Below are positions 54,549-64,000 of a stretch of 64,000 nt of DNA, piece by piece. Made by a program: the position numbers and the translations under genes. How positions within the stretch are numbered: position 1 is the stretch's first letter; the number at the start of each line of letters is the position of its first letter. The stretch is from Balanoglossus misakiensis (lineage: Eukaryota > Animalia > Hemichordata), in the NCBI GenBank assembly GCA_040954595.2, contig CM082576.2, forward strand, positions 9,799,129-9,863,128. The letters run 5' to 3'. The notes beneath the pieces are model-generated. The model was not told the origin of the DNA. It was given only the letters and a program-made list of their open reading frames with translations, and did not search any database.

Positions 54549-56907
54549 ACAGCTGCAGCTCTGCGGAGTACAATACAAGTAAACACGATGCCTATGATGG
54601 ATGCTTTGTGGGCGAAGCAGTCACGTGTAAACCGGGTGGTCATATCGACGTCACTCTTGGCCTGCGCTGTGTATACAAAGGGACACAGTGAACTGTGGGG
54701 CCAATCGGGTCAATGGCAAGCGCCATTTAAATACATGCGCTAAGCCCAATACAATATTCAGACATTATTGCATTGCGATTGTTTACAAACGCAATGAATT
54801 GCCGTATAAATTTCCGGCGAATACGTCGTAAATTTCACTTCAAAGAAGAACTTGTGTATTATTATAACATGATCGGCGTGACTGAGATTTATAGGGCCGA
54901 AAATCCAGCCGAAAAGTCGTAAAGGGGTTTGAACTACAGCTTTACCCGGTGTTTGACCCTTGACGACCTTGGTGATCACACCATGGAGCCCTCCACGATC
55001 ACACCAAAACATTCACGAAATAAATTAACTACTATCACTCCGTAGTTAATGCGACATACAAAAGAGGCCCTTTCAGGATTTGTTGTAGTTTTTTTACCAA
55101 ATCCCCAAAAATGTACATTTCCTTAAAGCCTTGTTATGCAGGAACAGCATTGTTGTTGGTTTCAGCGAATATCTACAACCTTGGTGTTCGAGTCTCCAGT
55201 GGCTTGTTGGGTGTTAAGTTTCAACAACGAGACTTCTTTGTGTTAAAAACTTTGCTTTTCATATTCATGCATGTCTCGATGTTGTTCGTACGCCAGCTCA
55301 AAATGTTTTTCCCAAACTCTCGGACTGTGGTGATAAGTAAGTATTTAGGGACGCCGGCCGACGAAAAGCGCACCTGTGTATGTTGCGTTATAAGTTATTG
55401 TCTTACACCTTTGTGCTGTTGCCCATTCGAATACATGATTATGTTTCTATGTATAGAATTTGAAATACAAGCGTGTACATGTATTTATGCAGTTCGTATA
55501 TGGACTATATTTTATGTTTGAATTGGAATATGTCAGCAGCGCTGAGCGATATATGTAAGATTGGCAAGATGATAGCTGTTTCGTCATTGGCGAGTTTAGA
55601 AATCATAGTAACTTGTGACCAACGCAAGTTAAATACCGGTAAATCAACAAGTAATGCGGTTATACTTGAAGATATTGGAAGCAACAGAATAATGTTTGAC
55701 GTCAAGCTTTTCATATTTACCACACCGGAAAATTGGATTTGTTCTTGGCGGAGTTTCAATTTATGCGGGCTGGCTCTGTGTGGCAGGGCTGTGTGTGTCT
55801 TACGGCTATGTCCTGCCACTCATGTGGGCTATATGGGGGCGAAATAGAGCGATAAATCATACGAATACGAGAAGGACACTTTAACAACGTCGGATAACAG
55901 TATTCGCAAATCCGGCTATATTTATGGTTGGTGAGCGATAAACAAGTGCTCGCGTCCTTGATACAGTTTTCACTCGCCAGAATTGTCCTCGTGACCTGAA
56001 TCCAATTGACAGCTGGGGTCGCACAACATCGACATCTACAATTTGACACGACACATCCTGCACCTTGGAGGGGTCAAACTTCTCTCTGTAGACGTCGTTT
56101 TCAATGGAAAACTCATCGATGACGTAGCGGGCCACAAAATCATCACTTGCCCGCAAATTGACCCGGAACTACTTTGATTTGACGACTGAAATGCGGAAAA
56201 CACAATCACACATCACCCCCACAGGAAATACCGTTTTATTTCTCGTGGCATTAAATTTCGAACAGTGAAACACTGTGGGAATAAAACTGCACAGTTTACA
56301 AACTCATAAAAGCTGTAGCCTGTGTAGCGTACACCACCTGCAGAACTGCTCCACTTCACATTGATTTAAGTATATTCATCCGCCGTTTACAGCACCGTAT
56401 GGACGCCCATTTGTCAGTTTGCATGAAGTTTTATATGTATTGAAAGCAAGATAGAATTGACAGAATATTAATAAGTTTTTCTCCGATTTGTAAACTTCAG
56501 TCAAGGTGTCTCGTCACACATAACATGCCACTTGACAACTTATTGTCTTTTTTGACATACCCTATAGGCCTAAGGCTAATGCAGGTAACATTTCAACCGT
56601 GAAAAGTATTACCCAAATAAGCAACTCGTAAGAGTTAGTCTTTACTCCGACTGTAGCGTCGTATTTTGCCCCAGAACGCGAAAAAAGGAGCGCCACCATA
56701 TGTTCTTTAGAACACTCAAATACGCCATTTCAGTAATAATATGTAAATTGGATGTGACTTTTAAATCTAAAGAATGCGTTCTATAACGGAAAATCTGCGC
56801 TCTTGCGTTCTCGCTGTCTAAAGTTGAGGGGTTAGCAAACCCAACGGTGTGCGAGTGGCGGTTATCATTCTGCTCATTTTGTCTTTTCAATGTGTTCGTT
56901 GCAGACC

Positions 56908-59900
56908 ATGTTGGGAACGGCGAATAAATCGATGTCTTCGTTCGAAAAACCGTCCTTAGTAATAGCCGTGGTTACTTACATGATCTATGGACTCTTGATA
57001 CTTGTTGGTCACTGCCGCGATTTCCTTCGGCGGCATGGCATTGATAAGACGGCTTCTTCACATGAAAAGGGCAACAAGGTAACACAAATCTTGTCGTACA
57101 TATTTTAACTGCTTGCGACTGCAACATACACTACAGTTGCACATGTCAATAGCATAGGAAAGTGCCGTTTACGTCGTACCACCCTAAAGTGCGGTACATG
57201 TATTTAGATGAAATGTAAATCCACGTTTTCAAGTGACATATTGATACACTTTTAATTTCTAAATATCGCTTTTTGAGTGTATAATTTTGTCTATGTTGTT
57301 TTTGTCTATATTTTTTCTTGTTTTTTTTTTCTGTGGGATGCGGTAATATGTACTTTTAAATTTTTCTGCATTTACCGAAATGAGGTTACACAAATAAGAT
57401 GGATTCGTTTAATATGCAAATTAGCCATGTGTTAACGTAACGGGCAATTTTCAGCTTGACCGGAAAGATTCTGATTGGTGTAAATTCCTGTCACAGGGTT
57501 TTGTTCCTTTGTACTCGGACTTTGAAAGTTTATACACCAGAAATGTGTATAGACGCATACGAGATTGTCTGGACCGACCAATTTGCAGCGCCCCAGGTGC
57601 AACATTTGACATCGTGGAGAGGGTCAGCGAGGATTACAATTGGAACTTCAGGTGAGAAATTGAAATAATTGGAGCAACATTGAAGCCCACGTCTCGGGTC
57701 TCAATCTTGCACTGTCCGTTTGAAATGGGATGTGGACCAGGATGCTGCTATCACCGTGAGTATTGAAAGTATGAAAAAAAGACGTGCCTGTTGCCAACGT
57801 TAACAGTGAGTAAGAGCAGTTACACTTACTGACTTACTTATTGTTTTGCAATTTCAGCTTGACCGGAAAGACTACACGGTGTATCAATCTAGGATCCTAC
57901 AACTATCTTGGATTTGCCGAAAATTCGGGATACTGCATTGATGAAACTGAGTCCGCTCTGAAGGAGTACGGGATGGGAGTTTGCAGTACAAGGCGGGAAT
58001 TAGGTATGAGTGCAATCTGTCTGTGAGGTAGTATCATTCCTGTTATTTATAACCAAGTTCGTTGTGCGGTACAAAAGTCGTACTTGCATAGTTTTAATGT
58101 GATGATATACTCTTTTCACGTTTGCTATGAAGGCAATCTCGCAATTCATGAAGAACTGGAAAATTTGCTGGCTGAATATCTGGGCGTGGAAGCTGCCATG
58201 GTTTTTGGTATGGGTTTTGCCACCAATGCACTCAACATTCCGACATTCCTGAGCAAGGTAATGAAATGGGATGAAAACAATAATGATTGGAACTATTTTG
58301 TGATATCCAGCAACCGAATTCCGCGAAACTGCATGCACGCTTTTGCAAATTGTTTATTTTCCAGTGCAGAAATTAGAATTGCAGTATTTTCACCAAAAAG
58401 TCAAGTGAAACTGTGAAACCTAAGTCATTTTTCAGGCTATTTTCAAGATGTTATTATCAGAAAGTAGTTCCGGTCGTGTTGACACTGAATATATCAAAGG
58501 TGCCCTTATTCCCGCCGATGATTGATTAATTGATTGATTGATTTCAGGGATGTCTTATTTTGAGTGACGAGCTGAACCACGCCTCAATGATATTAGGATG
58601 TCGTCTGTCTGGTGCTTCCATCAAAATTTACAAGCATAATGGTAAGTCGATATGTCTTATAAATAATGATCAAACGAACAACAATACCATTCGTAAATGT
58701 ACTCCATAGTTACAAACTAATGAATTTGTTGACAATAGATATGAAGAGTTTGGAATCAAGGTTGCGTCAAGCAATAGTCGATGGTCAGCCTCGCACTCAC
58801 AGACCATGGAAGAAAATACTCATCATAGCCGAAGGAGTTTACAGGTAGCGAAATCAAAAGTGGCATTTTCTCTTAGTTTAAAACTGCGATGTGTTGAGCG
58901 ACAAAGTACTATACGCATAAAAACGAATTGAATTACAATAAGCAAAATTGATACATAGTCGAAAAACTGATAAATACCAGATTCACGAGATGTGCGTGTT
59001 GGCGGAACTATTGGGCGAATGGTCATTTAACCCTTTCACCACCATGGTTTGGCCAAAATCTATTGTTTTATATGACAAAGCTAGAGACCTCTGCGGAGGG
59101 AAATTGGGCGGGGGGGGTGAAAAGGTTAATACATCTAATCATCATCAAACTGATTTGAAAATTTCATCTTCATGGCATAATGCTAAAGTTGAACATAGGA
59201 AGGACGAAGGATCCAGCCAATATATCGTTTCGTTTTGCTTCCAGTATGGAGGGTTCCATCATCAACCTGCCAGAAATTGTGAGACTGAAGAAGAAATACA
59301 AGGCCTACTTGTACCTGGACGAAGCGCACAGCATCGGAGCGATGGGTCCCACTGGCAGAGGTGTTGTAGAATACTACGGAATGGATCCGAAAGATGTCGA
59401 TATTTTAATGGGCACGTTCACCAAGAGTTTTGGTGCAGCTGGCGGTTACATTGCAGGAACCAAGGTATAGTGTGTCTGCAGGGATCGGTTTGTCTGTGGA
59501 ACGATTAAAATAAGGATGGATGATTCAGTTTCGAGTTAGTACAGTGCAAGCAAATTGTTTTTTCTCATTGACAGGAGTTGATAGATCACCTGAAAGCCCG
59601 CTCTCACAGCACATGTTATGCCACATCCATGTCAGCACCGGTTGCCAAGCAAATCATCTCAAGTATGAAAGTCATTATGGGACGCGATGGCACCACTATA
59701 GGTCAGTGTCTTTTGATGCTTTCAGCAAAAAATATTGATGCGGTGATAGCATTTTGTGACATCTGTTGCATGTCCTGAAAACCGTGAGAACATTGTTTGG
59801 CATTTGGATATTAGTTTTGGCGATATAATGGAATCCGCGAGGGGTAAATAAATGTGACAGCACCGAGAAATTAAAAGGGGTATTTTCCTTGTCTTTGTAA

Positions 59901-61009
59901 ACATTTTGTGTCATACTTTCTTACAGGACAAGAGCGACTTCGACAACTGCACTGGAACACGCGATACTTCCGTCGCCGATTACACGAGATGGATTTCATC
60001 GTCTACGGGAGCGATGACTCACCCGTGGTGCCTATGATGATTTATATGCCAACAAAGCTAGCGTGAGTATTCATTCACCGCGATCTCTGGCGCATGTCAT
60101 ATATGCACCATCGTTTTCTGATTCATTCGTTTATTCATTCATTCATTCATTCATTCATTCGTTCTTTCTTTCGTTTGTTCATTCATTCAGTCATTCATTC
60201 AGTCATTCGTTCACGGTCTATTAATATGACGCATCCGTGATATTCACACATAGGGATACTGATATAGTACCGTTCATGTTCGCAACTGTTACAGTTTGTT
60301 TTCTCGAGAATGTCTTAAGAGGAAACTCGGAGTGGTGATTGTCGCCTTCCCTGCCACGCCAATCTTGGAAGGCCGAGCAAGATTCTGCCTTTCTGCTGCC
60401 CACACAAAAGAAATCCTGGACAAGGTAAGAGGTTTCATTCGCCGAAGATTTGCGCAAATCTCGCGTACAGTCTGCCGGGATCCCGACTCGAGCAACAGCA
60501 TCCATTTAGCCAACATTTCCCACTTCTGTTCTTTTGGTTCACTCTCCACTGCTCACGTCTATTTATGGCCACGAGGTTTGAGAGTATTTTCGTGCGCGCA
60601 CTGCAACATTTTTATCATGCAGGACATCACTTGCTAACAGAAGAATGATCTATATAGTTCACTTTTCGATGGGTATTGAAAACTACCTTCGGTGTCTTGT
60701 TTCTTGGTACACATTGATTGTGATGGAAGTTTTAAGTTCACAACATCTGTTATTTAATTAATGACTCTAAGATTTAGAAACGACAGTGAAACGCAGTTGT
60801 TGCAATGACCTATATTTTACGGGTTACATGTTGTTGTGTTTTTTCTACGCCAGGCTTTGGCAATAATTGAGGAAGTGGGAGATTTGAACCGCATTCGTCA
60901 TGCACGTTTGCCACTGGAAAAGAGGACTATGCTGACTGAAAGGGACCTCGAGGAATACCGCAAGCGAGTTTGCAGAAATGGTTCAGCGGTAAAAGCTGCA
61001 ACTGAGTAA
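56908..61009 (+). CDS. SPTLC2: Serine palmitoyltransferase catalytic subunit (SPTLC2/SPTLC3/LCB2-like), copy B, 521 aa
   Basis: Exons 56908-57078, 57497-57651, 57858-58003, 58133-58257, 58548-58641, 58739-58844, 59245-59464, 59575-59701, 59927-60062, 60295-60424, 60854-61009 (TAA). Exon sizes equal copy A except the last. Same catalytic motifs, including GTFTKSFG and [14 protein letters not shown]. Confidence 0.94.
59031..59125. mobile_element. piggyBac-like MITE in intron 6 of SPT copy B
   Basis: TTAA on both sides (59027-30, 59126-29) and TIR ccctttcacc / ggtgaaaagg. Absent from the equivalent intron of copy A. Confidence 0.65.
60119..60212. repeat. Imperfect (TCAT)n microsatellite
   Basis: attcattcattc... 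interrupted by tcgt/tctt units, in intron 9 of copy B. Confidence 0.85.
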
Positions 61010-63582
61010 TGAAGACTTCGCCATTTTGACCACAACAGTTGCCGTCCTTGCTATGGTGGACGTCAGAATTCTTCGATGATGCGAAGGACTGAATAGAAAT
61101 TAATTCACCCACGGGCCCTGCGTATAGGCCCTTGACACAAGTCTTTCGTACAAGTATGTGTCCATAAAGATGGCACAATAGACCATTTTCGGAACTCCAC
61201 GAGATGCCCCTGCGAGATCTCGCATGACTAAACAGTTTTTATGGGAGGACATTCTCATTTAGTACAGCGTATTAAATGGCACAAAAGTTGCAATTTTTGT
61301 TAATTTCTGCACCTTTTCCTAGTTTCATACAAAGATTGACTTGTAGCAGCCTATTGCTATAGGAATTAACCAAGTCTCGCGAGATCTCGCAATTCCTTTT
61401 GACACTCCCATCATCAAAAATTTTCTGAATTTAAAATACACTTGTATTCAGGCCTGCTATTTCTCGGGCCTGATACGGGTACGGATCCGACCGTGTTACA
61501 GGCATGTCCTGAGCAGAGTTCTGACTGGTTTTCTTACTCTTACGCGGTACAGTTCGTAAGAGTGCATGTCTTGATCTTATGGAACTGTCTTTTTGAAAAT
61601 ACTGTTATCCGTAAGGGATCGTGCGTGGCTGGACTTAGGGTTTACAGTGGTGTTCACCTCCGTCCACTGGTCTCCGTTAGTCACGTCACCATTCTAGTCT
61701 TACTCATCGTCGTAAACCACCGCCCTATTTACGGTAGCAGCTATACTGCGTCGCCAGAAGAGAATATTTTCGTGGAATGGAAATTGAAAGCTCTTGCTCG
61801 CGATGAGTAGCATCGGAAACACGGCACAAAGTTCGCTTGTCCATGAAAACAAGCCAAGGTGTCAATAGAACGGTCGGATTCTGCGCGGTTTCGATCCAAA
61901 AGTTGCACGGGTTGTCCATTTGTGCTACGAAAAATGCAAGGGTAGAACATGAGAAAAAAGTTAGACTTGAAGAACTGCAGCTAGACTTACAGCTGAATTT
62001 CATCATGTTGATAATTTCAGGCCAGATACTACAGGGTCTCTTAACAAAACATTATTTGATACGAATTAGTTTATTCGCGCGTGGGGAAACATTTACTCAG
62101 ATTTGTACCAGTATAACTGTTGGTAATCGACAATTGAGATCACCAACAGTTCTTCAAGCAGTTGTGATGAGGCTGACAAAAAATATAATACCTGCCAAAG
62201 AAATTGATAAAGATTTGCGATATGCAACTCAAATGCAAAAAAAACAGCTTATAAACCTAAAATCTATATCCATTGATGTACTTTTATTGTTGATTCTTCA
62301 AAATGAATATTTACCTTTTTTAAGTTTTTAAACCCATCCAGTGTTGTCGCGGTCTTTCATGTCTCGTCACACTTATTGTTATTTTATGATCAACCCTTGT
62401 ATCCAAATATTGTCACGTATTTTCACTGATTTTAAAAAGGTGCGTATCTCTAGGGTCATGAACTATCTTCATGGCTCTCACCATCCAGTATTATACTTAA
62501 ATCTTCATAACATTTGTACAGTATTTTCTTTTCTTTGTACGCGTTTGCATTGCTATTGTTTGTTTTGTATATTTTTTCATTTATGTTAAAATCAATCAAA
62601 TCAAATCAAATAACACAAAAATCGGGATTTTCTTAAACAGAAAGAGGTAATATTCACAAGTTGTGACGAAGTTAAACACTTTTCAATGCAAATCTGGGTG
62701 TTTTGGTGAACAAATGTTTTTATCACCTTTAACAAGGTTTATAGTTACAGAAATAACATGTGATGGGTACGTAAAGAGGCTTTTATATTTCTTTCATGGT
62801 TTTTTAAGATGCGGTATTTGGAAATGTCGCTCACAGAATACAGCTCTGTTTAGTTTTTCGACTACTACATGTATCAAAGATTATACATGGAAATTATTGA
62901 AGTGCACGTCCGAGAAATCTTAACTACTGTGTGCACGATACAGATGGCACAAGATCCATCGGTCAATTACCTCACTTCCAGTCACCGGATTTGCAAAAGG
63001 TGAATCCACTGCGTTTTTTTAATCCAGTGGCGTAAAACCAGTACGGTCCCCGAGGCTGTCGTTCTCTGTCTATAAAATCAAACAATAACCCAGAGTAGTA
63101 ATCGAAATTCTGTCGCAAAATTTACAGTTTTCAAAAAAGGACAAACTCTTGTGTGGAATTTTGTACTAAGAAATTGTCGCCGACAAATTTCTGGTGTGCT
63201 ATGTACTTTGGGTGAAAATTTGCCAATTGTCATAATTATGGGTTAATTATAGCTAAACATTTGATGGGGCAGGAGGAATTTATGTATGATTTTACATTGT
63301 GATGACAGTTATTTTTAAGTGTGACTATAAAACATTTTTGTATGGTTGACAAAACGGGTTTATTTCATTGATCGCGCATTTTTTTCATCGAAAATCGTCC
63401 AGTTTTTCTCCCGGATATCAAGCGGTCTAGCCGGAACCTAAAGAACTGAAGCAAACAGCACCTTTATTTCCACTCAACTGATGCCAATACGATGCCAGTT
63501 TCTCGCAGGAATTTATTTATTTATTTATTTCTATTTCGCCGATAAGAATTAGCCATTTTTCGCAACACTGTACAGTAAACAT

Positions 63583-63800
63583 GTAAGTATCGGATGATGT
63601 ACGAGCGGAGTGCAATTGTTCAGATATTGGACGAGTTCAATATCTGAACGATTGCACGACAGGGTACATTATCCGGCTTACAACACGTAGTATTATGAAT
63701 ACACCTGTGATCTTGGTATGCAAAACAACTTCTCAATTACACCAACCAATCACTAGCTTCACAAAATACACCTGCTGAATGACACATTTCGATTGGATAG
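63583..63800. mobile_element. Palindromic non-autonomous element (hairpin terminus)
   Basis: Hairpin gtgcaattgttcagatattg-gacgagtt-caatatctgaacgattgcac (63610-63657) with an imperfect outer stem to about 63583/63680, followed by ccaatca and gattgg motifs. Layout resembles 4737-5049. Confidence 0.45.
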
Positions 63801-64000
63801 TTGTCAGCCAGCGCATTTGACAGATGGTCAGTGAGGGGTCATTCGTAACTCAATCTTTGACGTACAAACACCATGGTTGAAAGTCAGCCTGGTTGAAAGT
63901 GGTGACGACAACGACCTAATCATTACCCAGAGCAATTTCCGACAACCAAGTGAAAGTGAAGGTCGTAAGATGATTGTGACGATACTGGATTTTTCGAAAG

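Noticed and set aside
61725-62331. ORFs of 69-164 aa downstream of SPT copy B, with a faint THAP-like CAVF..C..FH on the minus strand
   Set aside because: The motif needs a frameshift and lacks the remaining THAP residues. No family was recognisable.
1-64000. CRISPR arrays, operons, rRNA/tRNA genes, intronic snoRNAs
   Set aside because: The sequence is spliced eukaryotic DNA. I saw no regularly spaced repeats, cloverleafs or convincing C/D box pairs with terminal stems. A covariance-model scan (Infernal/Rfam) would be needed to exclude ncRNAs.

Overview
Eukaryotic, intron-rich genomic DNA from an invertebrate animal. Gene content and the frequent TACATGTA motif suggest a non-vertebrate deuterostome such as a hemichordate, but that is an inference. 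Four protein-coding genes lie on the + strand, all assembled by hand from GT-AG exons with consistent phase: (1) the 3' part of RPAP1 (to 5937); (2) a complete MAPKBP1/WDR62 gene (7747-44387, about 34 exons, about 2,000 aa); (3, 4) two tandem 11-exon serine palmitoyltransferase catalytic-subunit genes (SPTLC2/3-like; 48117-52298 and 56908-61009). The most interesting signal is the SPT pair. The copies are a mosaic of near-identical tracts (including intron sequence) and strongly diverged tracts, and copy A carries radical changes in the otherwise conserved PATP substrate-gate loop. Also seen: candidate microexons in MAPKBP1/WDR62, several MITE-like or palindromic elements, and microsatellites. 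No prokaryotic-type systems, rRNA, tRNA or CRISPR arrays were found. Most short ORFs in the supplied track are intronic noise or antisense shadows of exons.
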